Virus record (IMG/VR): IMGVR_UViG_3300048574_000462
Coordinates: 32,662 to 96,661 of that record
Length of the DNA: 64,000 nucleotides
Direction: 5' to 3' (one strand)
Source: a virus
Shown here: piece by piece, positions 38,628 through 47,229 of the stretch
Numbering within the stretch: the stretch's first letter is position 1
Layout: every line of letters starts with the position of its first letter
Position numbers and translations under genes: made by a program
Notes under the pieces: model-generated
The model's input: the letters and a program-made list of their open reading frames with translations, nothing else
What the model was told of the DNA's origin: nothing
Database searches by the model: none

Positions 38628-39617
38628 ATGAAAATGGAGTATCAGAAGCTTTTTGATCTTAGCGATGTTTGGCTGAAGTATGCAATTTTTCTTCACGTAT
38701 GCCGCAAGCCGAGGGATGAGCTCATTGAAATAAAAAACGAGGCTTTGACTGATGGTCGGATTCAAAACTATCTTGCTGATATTGCGAACTTTCATGGTAA
38801 ACCAGTAACAAATCATAAGAATCCGGATTTGCCGATACATAAGCTACTATTCCTTCTCGACCTCGGATTCGATATAGATGTTCCAGAAATAAAGGCGGCA
38901 ATTGATGAAATTCTTAAGCATCGGGATGACAATGGTGTATATCAATCGCTGACCAATGTTCCGAAACATTTCGGCGGAACAGGCGTGGATATGTTCAGCT
39001 GGTGTCTGTGCGATGCGCCTCTGTTATTGCTTGCGCTTCTAAAAGCGGGAGTGGATTACCCTGGATTTATCAAGCCCGGCGTTGACTATCTGGTGTCGCT
39101 CAGTAGAGATAACGGGTTTCCATGCGCTGTTTCTCAGGAACAGGGTAAGTTCCGAGGCCCTGGGAGGAAAGAGGATTGTTGTCCGTATGCAACGTTGATA
39201 ATGGCCGACTTGTTGTCGTATATACCAGAATATCAGTCTTCTTCTTCAGCGACCACCTCTGTGGAGGCGCTACTAAGCCTGTGGGAAGGCAGCCTTGAAC
39301 AGCATCCATACATGTTTTATATGGGGACGGATTTCCGCAAGTTGAAGGCCCCGTCATGTTGGTATGATATTGTCAGTGTAGCGGGTGTTTTAAGTAAATA
39401 CAGGTTCGTGCATCATGACCCGCGCTTCATAAAAATGATAGACATGATAAAAGACAAGCAGAATGAGGACGGCCTCTATATTCCTGAATCGATATACTTG
39501 AAATTGAAAGCTTGGGATTTCGGCCAGAAGAAGTCTCCATCTCCATATCTGTCCTATTTATGCCTGCAGATTTTTGAAAGATTGGAGCAGGCCGCTGCAT
39601 CACAAGAAGTGTTATAA
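38628..39617 (+). CDS. Moron: alpha/alpha-barrel (prenyltransferase/squalene-cyclase repeat-like) protein
   Basis: AT-rich; own promoter TTTACT-N17-TACAAT (38521-38549); Q..DG-type repeats; hairpin at 39659-39684. Confidence 0.55.
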   Translation: MKMEYQKLFDLSDVWLKYAIFLHVCRKPRDELIEIKNEALTDGRIQNYLADIANFHGKPVTNHKNPDLPIHKLLFLLDLGFDIDVPEIKAAIDEILKHRDDNGVYQSLTNVPKHFGGTGVDMFSWCLCDAPLLLLALLKAGVDYPGFIKPGVDYLVSLSRDNGFPCAVSQEQGKFRGPGRKEDCCPYATLIMADLLSYIPEYQSSSSATTSVEALLSLWEGSLEQHPYMFYMGTDFRKLKAPSCWYDIVSVAGVLSKYRFVHHDPRFIKMIDMIKDKQNEDGLYIPESIYLKLKAWDFGQKKSPSPYLSYLCLQIFERLEQAAASQEVL

Positions 39618-39709
39618 AACGAACGCAAAAATTCGAACCTACACGCAAGGTCCTTCAGCGCCCATCCACGATGGGTGTTTTCTTGTGAACATATTGTCGG
39701 AGGCGTGAT

Positions 39710-40918
39710 ATGAACAATCCACTAGCCCGGATATTCCGCTCGCGGGATAAACCAGAGAATATTGTCAGCGCCGCGCCCACCTTCTACTTTGGTTCCAGCG
39801 GCTCGGGTAAATCTGTCACGGCGCGGTCAGCCATACAGGTTTCCGCGGTGTACGCTTGTGTACGGGTGATCGCCGAAACGGTCGCCAGCCTGCCGCTTCA
39901 TGTCTATGAGAGCAGGGACTCCGGCAGCGTGAAGGCAGTGGGGCATCCGATGTATCGGGTGCTGCATGATGAGCCCAATGCGGAGATGACATCCTTCATC
40001 CTCCGAGAAGTGATGCTCGCGCATCTACTGCTCTGGGGCAACGCCTACTGTCAGATCATCCGTACGGGCCGAAACCAGATCACGCAGTTGTACCCACTGC
40101 TGCCCGATCGCATGGAGGTGGACCGCGACAGCCACGGTTCGCTTGTCTACACCTACACCACGACGGACGGCAAGACCGTGAAGCTGGCGCCAGAAGAAGT
40201 GCTGCATGTACCCGGCCTCGGCTTTGACGGCATCATGGGCTACAGCCCCATCGCGCTGGAGCGGAACGCGATCGGCCTTGGGATTGCCGCGGAGGAATAC
40301 GGCAGCAAGTTCTTTGCCAACGGGGCAACACCCTCCGGCGTGCTGACGCACCCGAACACAGTGAAGAGTCCCAAGGCGCTCCGGGAAAGTTGGAATGCCG
40401 CGCACGGCGGTTCCGTCAACTCTGGCAAAGTCGCCATTTTAGAAGAAGGCATGAAGTTCGAACGGATCTCCATGCCAAACAACGAAGCGCAGTTTCTTGA
40501 AACGCGGAAGTTCCAGGTGTCGGAAATCTGCCGCATCTTCCGGGTACCGCCCCATCTGGTGGGTGATCTGGAGCACGCCACTTTTAGCAACATTGAGAAC
40601 CAGTCAATTTCGTTCGGTGTTCATACCATCCGTCCATGGCTGGTCCGCATTGAGCAATCCATGAACCGAGCGCTCTTTTCCAAGACGGAAAAGGAGCGCT
40701 TTTTTGTACGGTTCAATATGGACGGGTTGCTGCGGGGCGCGTACAAGGAGCGCATGGAGGGCTATGCCATCGCCCGGCAGAACGGCTGGATGAGCGCCAA
40801 CGATATCCGCGAACTCGAGAACCTGAACCCTATTCCTGAGAACGAAGGGGGCTTCGCCTACCTCTGCAACGGCAATATGGTCCCCATCACTGAAGCGAGA
40901 AAGGAGCCCTCTGATTGA
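39710..40918 (+). CDS. HK97-family portal protein
   Basis: AVYACVRVIAE..A.LPL, LLWGNAY and QFLETRKFQ..EICRIF.VPPH motifs. Confidence 0.95.
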   Translation: MNNPLARIFRSRDKPENIVSAAPTFYFGSSGSGKSVTARSAIQVSAVYACVRVIAETVASLPLHVYESRDSGSVKAVGHPMYRVLHDEPNAEMTSFILREVMLAHLLLWGNAYCQIIRTGRNQITQLYPLLPDRMEVDRDSHGSLVYTYTTTDGKTVKLAPEEVLHVPGLGFDGIMGYSPIALERNAIGLGIAAEEYGSKFFANGATPSGVLTHPNTVKSPKALRESWNAAHGGSVNSGKVAILEEGMKFERISMPNNEAQFLETRKFQVSEICRIFRVPPHLVGDLEHATFSNIENQSISFGVHTIRPWLVRIEQSMNRALFSKTEKERFFVRFNMDGLLRGAYKERMEGYAIARQNGWMSANDIRELENLNPIPENEGGFAYLCNGNMVPITEARKEPSD

Positions 40919-41631
40919 AGAAGTTCTGGAATTGGTCGGCACCGGACCGGCAAGCGACGAACGACGTCGGCGAACGAACGCTGTATTTGGACGGCGTCAT
41001 CGCGGAAGAAAGCTGGTTTGACGATGACGTCACGCCCGCCGCCTTCAAGGCAGATCTACAATCCGGCACTGGGCCGATCACTGTTCGAATCAACTCGCCG
41101 GGCGGCGATTGCATCGCGGCATCCCAGATCTACACCATGCTCATGGACTATCCGTCCGACGTCACGGTGAAGATCGACGGCATCGCCGCGTCTGCCGCCT
41201 CCGTCATCGCCATGGCAGGAACCAAGGTCTGCATGTCGCCCACGAGCATCCTGATGATCCACAATCCCCTCACGGTCGCCATGGGCGATAGCGAGGAAAT
41301 GCGAAAAGCCATTCAGCTTCTGGACGAAGTAAAAGAGTCCATCATCAACGCCTACGAGATCAAAACCGGGCTTTCCCGTGTTAGGCTCGGCCATCTCATG
41401 GACGGGGAGACGTGGATGAACCCCAAAATGGCGTTGGAACTCGGGTTCTGTGACGAGATCATGTATCAGCAGGAAAGCGACGCGCCCGAGAAGCTCGAGA
41501 ACAGCTTCACCTACTCCCGCCGGGCGGTTACAAACAGCCTGCTGGACAAGCTGAAAACCCGGATCCCCAAACCCGATAACCGAGTGAAAGCGTCAGACCT
41601 GGAGCACAGGCTGGCGCTTTTGAATCATTGA
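40915..41631 (+). CDS. ClpP-type prohead protease
   Basis: INSPGGD, IDGIAASAASVI, MIHNP and ETWM motifs. Confidence 0.93.
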   Translation: MKKFWNWSAPDRQATNDVGERTLYLDGVIAEESWFDDDVTPAAFKADLQSGTGPITVRINSPGGDCIAASQIYTMLMDYPSDVTVKIDGIAASAASVIAMAGTKVCMSPTSILMIHNPLTVAMGDSEEMRKAIQLLDEVKESIINAYEIKTGLSRVRLGHLMDGETWMNPKMALELGFCDEIMYQQESDAPEKLENSFTYSRRAVTNSLLDKLKTRIPKPDNRVKASDLEHRLALLNH

Positions 41632-41643
41632 GGAGGGAAACCC

Positions 41644-42846
41644 ATGAATCAGATTCTCGCCCTGCGTGAAAAGCGCGCAAAGCTGTGGGACGCCGCAAAG
41701 GCATTTCTGGATACCAAGCGCGGCACCGACGGCATGATCTCGGCCGAAGACAACACCACCTATGAGAAGATGGAAGCTGATGTGGTCAGCCTGGGCCGTG
41801 AGATCGACCGGCTGGAACGTCAGTCCATCATCGACCGCGAACTGAACGCGCCCACTTCGAGGCCACTGACCGGCGCGCCTCTTTCGGATACCGGCACCGT
41901 GAAGTCTGGGAAGGCCACCGACGAGTACCGGGGCGCCTTCTGGCGCGTCATGCGTGACAAGGCCGTGCCCTACGAAATCACGAACGCGCTGAAGATTGGT
42001 CAGGACGACCACGGCGGTTATCTGGCGCCCGACGAGTACGAGCGCACGCTGGTCGAGGCGCTGGAGGAACAGAACATCTTCCGTCAGCTGGCGCATGTGA
42101 TCACCACGTCCTCCGGCGACCGGAAGATCCCCGTTGTCGCATCCAAGGGCAACGCGGCGTGGATTGACGAGGAAGCGCAGTACCCCGAAAGCGACGACAC
42201 TTTCGGTATGATCTCCATCGGCGCGTACAAGTTGGCCACCATGATCAAGGTGTCGGACGAGCTCCTCCACGACAGCGTGTTCAATGTCGCCGGCTACATC
42301 GCCAAAGAGTTCTCCCGTCGTATCGGCGCTGCCGAAGAGGAAGCGTTCTTCATTGGCAACGGGACTGGCAAGCCCACCGGCATTCTGAACACCACGGGCG
42401 GTGCGGAGGTTGGCGTGACCGCGGCCAGCGCGACCTCCATCACCTTCGACGACGTGATGGATCTGTTCTACTCGCTGCGCGCGCCGTATCGCCGGAACTC
42501 CGTGTTCATCATGAATGACGCGACGGTAAAGGCGCTCAGGAAACTGAAGAACGGCTCCGGTGACTACATGTGGCAGCCTTCGGTGACGGCCGGTACGCCG
42601 GACACGATTCTGAATCGCCCGGTGTACACCTCGTCTTTCGTGCCGACGCTCGTGGCCGCGGCGAAGCCGATCCTGTTCGGCGATCTGGGCTACTACTGGG
42701 TAGCGGATCGCGAAGGTCGTACGTTCCAAAGGCTGAACGAGCTGTACGCGCCGACCGGCCAGGTGGGTTTCCTCGCCTCTCAGCGCGTGGACGGCAAGTT
42801 GATTCTGCCGGAAGCGGTCAAGTGCCTGCAGATGAAGTCGGCCTAA
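41644..42846 (+). CDS. HK97-fold major capsid protein
   Basis: GGYLAPDEY, G.GTGKPTGIL and FGD..YY.VADR motifs; follows the protease. Confidence 0.95.
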   Translation: MNQILALREKRAKLWDAAKAFLDTKRGTDGMISAEDNTTYEKMEADVVSLGREIDRLERQSIIDRELNAPTSRPLTGAPLSDTGTVKSGKATDEYRGAFWRVMRDKAVPYEITNALKIGQDDHGGYLAPDEYERTLVEALEEQNIFRQLAHVITTSSGDRKIPVVASKGNAAWIDEEAQYPESDDTFGMISIGAYKLATMIKVSDELLHDSVFNVAGYIAKEFSRRIGAAEEEAFFIGNGTGKPTGILNTTGGAEVGVTAASATSITFDDVMDLFYSLRAPYRRNSVFIMNDATVKALRKLKNGSGDYMWQPSVTAGTPDTILNRPVYTSSFVPTLVAAAKPILFGDLGYYWVADREGRTFQRLNELYAPTGQVGFLASQRVDGKLILPEAVKCLQMKSA

Positions 42847-42852
42847 TTGATT

Positions 42853-42888
42853 GGGGACTGTTCCTTCGTGGGCAGTCCCCGATTTCTT
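42853..42888 (+). terminator. Hairpin after the capsid gene
   Basis: GGGGACTG-loop-CAGTCCCC-GATTTCTT. Confidence 0.6.
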
Positions 42889-42896
42889 GAAGGGGA

Positions 42897-43163
42897 ATGG
42901 AAATGGAAACCAATACGCGTAATTATCATGCGCATGGGGGCAGTGAGTGGGTGGTCGGCGGCAAGCTTACCTTCCTGCCTGGCGCTACGGTGGAGGGCGC
43001 AGAAGGACTGTTCGACGCACCTGTCGGAGCCCCAATACAGATACCCAGTATTCCCGCCAGCACTGCTACCACGGTAGCCTCGCTGCGGGAGGATTTTAAC
43101 CGCCTAATCGAAGCGCTTAAGGCGGCTGGCCTGATGGAACGGGAAACTGCTGACGTGGAGTAG
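42897..43163 (+). CDS. Head fibre/decoration-type small protein
   Basis: NY...GG...VVGGKL...ATTVA.L..DFN.L...LK.AGLM. Confidence 0.75.
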   Translation: MEMETNTRNYHAHGGSEWVVGGKLTFLPGATVEGAEGLFDAPVGAPIQIPSIPASTATTVASLREDFNRLIEALKAAGLMERETADVE

Positions 43164-43174
43164 GTGGTACGCCA

Positions 43175-43459
43175 ATGATTGTGACAATCCCGGAGGTCAA
43201 AGCGCACCTGCGGATCCAGCATGAAGAAGAGGACGCCTACATCGGGAGCCTGATTGAACAGGCGCAGTCGGCAGCGGAGGATTTCTGCCGTGTTTTTTTC
43301 TCGGAGGACCCGCCTCCGGCTGTACGGTTGGCAGTGCTCCTCATGATCGGGCACTACTTCGAGAACCGGGACAACCCCGACAAGCAGGTGTACCTCGCGA
43401 TGCGGATGGCGTTTGAGAATCTACTCTACCCGCACAGGGATGTTACGAAGTTCTTCTGA
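43175..43459 (+). CDS. Head-tail connector (gp6-like)
   Basis: EVKAHLRI...EED..I..LI and AVL....HYFENR motifs. Confidence 0.88.
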   Translation: MIVTIPEVKAHLRIQHEEEDAYIGSLIEQAQSAAEDFCRVFFSEDPPPAVRLAVLLMIGHYFENRDNPDKQVYLAMRMAFENLLYPHRDVTKFF

Positions 43460-43474
43460 TGGAGGTGATACACC

Positions 43475-43831
43475 TTGCGCGGCTACAAGAATTTCGAAAG
43501 TGACCCACACCCGGGGGACCTGAAGCATCTGGTGGAGATCGGGTATACTGAGAACACCATCAACGAAAATGGATATCCGAAGCCCACCGAAGTGGTAGTC
43601 TGCAAGGTGTGGGCGGCGGCCACGGACGCGGGCAACCAGCACTTCCGGGCTGCCGATACCATCAACGCCGAGGCGGTCATCAACTTCACCATCCGGTTCC
43701 GCGAGGACATCCAGCCGGGCATGTGGGTGAAGTTCCGGGGCGCGCGCTGGATCATCTCCACGCTGGGCGAATACGAGTTCAAACGCCGGTACCTGGGCCT
43801 CAAGGCGTCCATTGTCAAGGGGGTCAGTTGA
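43475..43831 (+). CDS. Head closure/head-tail adaptor
   Basis: PGDL.H, VWA and FTIR.R..I..GM motifs; synteny. Confidence 0.8.
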   Translation: MRGYKNFESDPHPGDLKHLVEIGYTENTINENGYPKPTEVVVCKVWAAATDAGNQHFRAADTINAEAVINFTIRFREDIQPGMWVKFRGARWIISTLGEYEFKRRYLGLKASIVKGVS

Positions 43832-44208
43832 TGAAGCAGGTACAGCAGGCCCTCTCCAGCCTGGACATCCCCGTATACGCTGGCATCTGGCGGCCCACCG
43901 CTTCCGGGCAGAACCCGCCCGTGCAATATGCCGTGTACGCCACCACCACCACCGAAGATGTCCATCTGGACGACGCTGTCGTCTCTCTCAAGACCTTCGT
44001 GTACCTGAACCTATGGAGTGACGGGGATCCAACGGAAATGGCCATCCAGATCCGAAGCGCCATGTACAGCGCGGGGTTCATCATGGTCGAAGAGACGGAT
44101 ATGGGGTACAATCAGCCCGCCTATGACAGCGCGACCCGGCAGTACAACCTGCACTGGACCTGGTGTTTGCGGATCGGTGCGAAAGCAGAGGACGGCGATA
44201 ATCCATAA
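43831..44208 (+). CDS. Putative tail terminator/completion protein
   Basis: ATG overlaps the previous stop codon; neck-region synteny. Confidence 0.6.
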   Translation: MKQVQQALSSLDIPVYAGIWRPTASGQNPPVQYAVYATTTTEDVHLDDAVVSLKTFVYLNLWSDGDPTEMAIQIRSAMYSAGFIMVEETDMGYNQPAYDSATRQYNLHWTWCLRIGAKAEDGDNP

Positions 44209-44210
44209 GC

Positions 44211-44320
44211 ATGGAGCTCGAAGGAGCGGATCGGCTGATGAACGATTTCGCTGCCATGGCGGCACGCCTTTTAGAGGATGGTCCACCTGCAATGGCACTC
44301 CTGGAAGCGGCTGCTGCCCC
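44211..44320 (+). pseudogene. Decayed duplicate of the 5' end of the HK97 gp10-like gene
   Basis: MELEGADRLMNDFAAMAARLLEDGP versus MKLDGVDQLINDFAAMAARLDEDGP; shares AACGATTTCGCTGCCATGGC with ~45453. Confidence 0.75.
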
Positions 44321-44323
44321 GCG

Positions 44324-44530
44324 CTATTTCCCCTGGCGCGCCGGCCGCACGTTCGCGTCCGGCTGGATGGACCCGCTGATGGCACCGTGCTTGCACTCAA
44401 ACGCCTGAATGTTCTCTCGTATCAGCACGAGGATATGGCTGTTGACCGACCGCCCCTCGTAATCGGCCACATACCCGATCTTCTCCAACATCTCCTTTTC
44501 AATCCGAATGGATAGGCTCTTAACAGGCAT
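44324..44530 (-). CDS. Arc-family ribbon-helix-helix protein
   Basis: KSLSIRI....L.KI..VA.YEGRSVNS.IL.LIR. Confidence 0.85.
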   Translation of the reverse strand: MPVKSLSIRIEKEMLEKIGYVADYEGRSVNSHILVLIRENIQAFECKHGAISGSIQPDANVRPARQGK

Positions 44531-44754
44531 ACATTCACCTTCCCGTGGACATATTGCATGTTTATCTTATGCCTGTTATGCGTTATAATGGGGGTCGTGA
44601 ACATGCCGTGTATCTAGAGAATCAGAGAGCATGGGCGTACCCTGCCATAATCCGGGGCTGGCCAAGATTTATCAAAAGCGCGTCGGGCAAACTGCTTGCA
44701 ATTCCCTTTGAACTGAGGGATAGATAGACGCACTACGGAAAGGTGGGTGCGGAG

Positions 44755-45030
44755 ATGAACAAGAAGCTGATGCACGCGATTTCTGAATTCGTCACGCGAA
44801 GGCTGAACGATCTGGGCGCGGACGCGCCGGAAGCGGTGACGGAAGCGGTGACGCGGGTGGGGCGGTGCATTGATGTACTGGCGGAGACGCTGACACCGGA
44901 GCAGGCGGCGCACCTGCGAAGGCTAGCAGACGCAATAAGTCTTCAGGCGGGCGAGGAGATTCGGTACTACTACCGGGCGGGATTCTATGACTCGGTGAAG
45001 TTTCTCCTGGAATGGGGCGGTACAGATTGA
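44755..45030 (+). CDS. Small hypothetical moron protein
   Basis: Y..GF.D..K.L C-terminal motif; promoter-like TTGCAA upstream; start codon uncertain. Confidence 0.55.
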   Translation: MNKKLMHAISEFVTRRLNDLGADAPEAVTEAVTRVGRCIDVLAETLTPEQAAHLRRLADAISLQAGEEIRYYYRAGFYDSVKFLLEWGGTD

Positions 45031-45341
45031 CCGGACGCGCCTATTTTGTCAAGTACCCATCGCGAATTGAAGATTTGTTTCGTCTGCACCTGCTGACCGA
45101 CCGAAAGCGCTACGTGGTCGTCAAAATCGTTATGCTTCCCCGCATCGACTATGAGAACTTCGTGACGGACATGACGGTTGAGCGCAGCTTTCTGGCGGAA
45201 AGCGCGCCTTTCTGCCGGGCGTGGTCCGACGGCGCGCGGCCCTGCGTACTGGTCCGACGGCACGGGCGCAAGGGCGGCGTGTTGGTGTCGCCGGATCCAG
45301 TGGGCTTTGTGATCTGGGCCGCATTCCAGGATTCCATTTAA
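45012..45341 (+). CDS. Small hypothetical moron protein
   Basis: IDYENF.TDM...R.FL...CVLV....G.LV.P....V.WAA; followed by a terminator. Confidence 0.6.
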   Translation: MGRYRLTGRAYFVKYPSRIEDLFRLHLLTDRKRYVVVKIVMLPRIDYENFVTDMTVERSFLAESAPFCRAWSDGARPCVLVRRHGRKGGVLVSPDPVGFVIWAAFQDSI

Positions 45342-45370
45342 AAAAGGGCTTCGGAGCGAGGCCCTTTTTT
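45340..45370. terminator. Moron terminator
   Basis: AAAAAAGGGC-TTCG-gag-CGAG-GCCCTTTTTT. Confidence 0.75.
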
Positions 45371-45417
45371 GTGCGCGGGCATCCCGGTGGATATAAAGCA
45401 TCTCAAGAGGTGTCCCA

Positions 45418-45830
45418 TGAGCATGAAACTTGACGGTGTAGACCAGTTGATCAACGATTTCGCTGCCATGGCCGCGCGCCTGGATGAGGATGGCCCCGCC
45501 TGTAACGGCATCTTGGAGGCGGCCGCAGTCCCCATCCACCAGCAGATGAAAGCCAATGCGTCGTCCGACCCCAAGATCATCACTGGGGCGCTGCAACGAT
45601 CGATTAAGGTTGGGCGCGCCAAAAAGCGAAAGACCGGCCGGAGCATCACCATTGGCGTGCATCACTCCGAAGAGGGCGCGTACTACGCAAACGCTGTGGA
45701 GTGGGGGCACGGCGGACCCGCCCCTGCCCCGGCGCATCCCTTCGTCCGGCCCGCCTACGACACCAAGGCTGACGAATCCTACGACATCATCAGAGCCGGA
45801 CTTCGTGATGCCGTCAATCGAAATCCATAA
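45418..45830 (+). CDS. HK97 gp10-like tail component
   Basis: TG.L..SI, YA..VEWG and PAHPFVRPAYD motifs. Confidence 0.88.
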
Positions 45831-45848
45831 TTCAAGGAGGATAAACCC

Positions 45849-46457
45849 ATGCCGAATACCGCTTCCCCCGCCGTGGCCAGCACAGTGGGCCTCAAGAACG
45901 TCGTCATCGCGCCGGTCGTTTCTGATACGGATGCAGGCGTCAGCTACGGCACATTGCAGGACTTCGCGGGCGCCATTGACGCGCAGATCTCGCCGGAAAA
46001 CGCCGACGCAGACGTGCAGTACAGTGACGATACGGAATTTGCTGTCCTGTTCCCGGATCCTGAAATCAAACTCACGATGGAGATGGCGGACATTCCGCTA
46101 CTCATCCAGGAGCTGATCCTGAACAACATCATCGACGACAATGGCGTCCTGATCCGTGCCGCGGGCGACACCCCCGGCTACTTCGCGCTCGGGTTCAAGA
46201 GCGAGAAAGCGGATGGGACCTACCGCTTCGTCTGGCTCTTCAAAGGCCGCGCCGCCCCCATGACTGAGCAGTACCATACGAAGGAAGGCACCACGCTGAC
46301 GCGTCAGACCGGCAAGCTGGAATGGACGTTCATCAAGCGGACCTTCGACAAGCGATATCAGGCGATTGCCGACGAGGGCCAGAACGGCTTCACTCCGGAG
46401 AAAGCTGCCTCTTTCCTGACCAGCGTGTATACGCCGGTGGTCACTTCCAGTACCTAA
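45849..46457 (+). CDS. Major tail protein
   Basis: VGLKN, Y.DD and P.YFALGF.SEKADG.YR.VWL.KG motifs. Confidence 0.9.
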   Translation: MPNTASPAVASTVGLKNVVIAPVVSDTDAGVSYGTLQDFAGAIDAQISPENADADVQYSDDTEFAVLFPDPEIKLTMEMADIPLLIQELILNNIIDDNGVLIRAAGDTPGYFALGFKSEKADGTYRFVWLFKGRAAPMTEQYHTKEGTTLTRQTGKLEWTFIKRTFDKRYQAIADEGQNGFTPEKAASFLTSVYTPVVTSST

Positions 46458-46481
46458 ATTCAATAGAAGGGAGCGCCCATC

Positions 46482-46859
46482 ATGATCACCTGCACCCTGG
46501 GTGAAAAACAGTATTCTGTGGACTTCATCTCCGGTCGCGCGCTTCGGGAGATGGGCCCTGCCTGGGACATGTACGCTAAGCTCTCGGCGGTTGCCGCGGA
46601 TGCCGTGGCGGGAAAGGCCGCCAAGCAAGCGAAAGACGGTGCCGATCAGCCCTCCGTAACAGCGGCGCTGGATGTCCTGGTAAGGTGGTTCTGCTTGGTG
46701 TTCGGAAACCAGTTCAGCCCCGACGATGTGTACGACCACTACCCCGTCGACCGGCTGATGCATGACGTCGTGCTGGCGCTGCTGGCGGTGCAGACCCAGA
46801 CTACCGAAGTTCTCAGCGAATTCCCTACGCCGGCAGCGCAGGGGGAGACGGCCTTCTGA
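46482..46859 (+). CDS. Tail assembly chaperone (G-like)
   Basis: Lies between the major tail and tape measure genes; FGNQFS.DD motif. Confidence 0.75.
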   Translation: MITCTLGEKQYSVDFISGRALREMGPAWDMYAKLSAVAADAVAGKAAKQAKDGADQPSVTAALDVLVRWFCLVFGNQFSPDDVYDHYPVDRLMHDVVLALLAVQTQTTEVLSEFPTPAAQGETAF

Positions 46860-47044
46860 CGCTGCCGGACTACATCTACGCCACTTACAACGAACTGCTG
46901 GGCGCGGGCTGGCGCATGAACGACATTGATGGCATGGATATGCTGGGCTTCTTCCGGGTCCGGGCATGGGATGCAAACCGTGCGAAAGCTGCCCAAGCGC
47001 CCAAACGCAGGTTCATCGACGAAGTGTGGCCGGAAAGCCAATGA
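46856..47044 (+). CDS. Tail assembly chaperone extension (T-like), -1 frame
   Basis: Unlisted frame LTLPDYIYATYNELL..GWRMNDIDGMD...FIDEVWP, in the -1 frame overlapping the G stop. Confidence 0.7.
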   Translation: MTLPDYIYATYNELLGAGWRMNDIDGMDMLGFFRVRAWDANRAKAAQAPKRRFIDEVWPESQ

Positions 47045-47229
47045 GATCTGATGTATGGGTTCTCCCCACAACACAGCCACCGCGCACACTGTGTGCTCTA
47101 CGGTGGCTGTCTCTATGTGAACGGGCGTTGCCGCCCTTGATGCTACGAGTATACCGCATGGTTTTGAACCGCTCATGAACGTGTCGTGAACTTATTTGGA
47201 CAATTCTGGTGGAATTTGAGGTGGAATCC

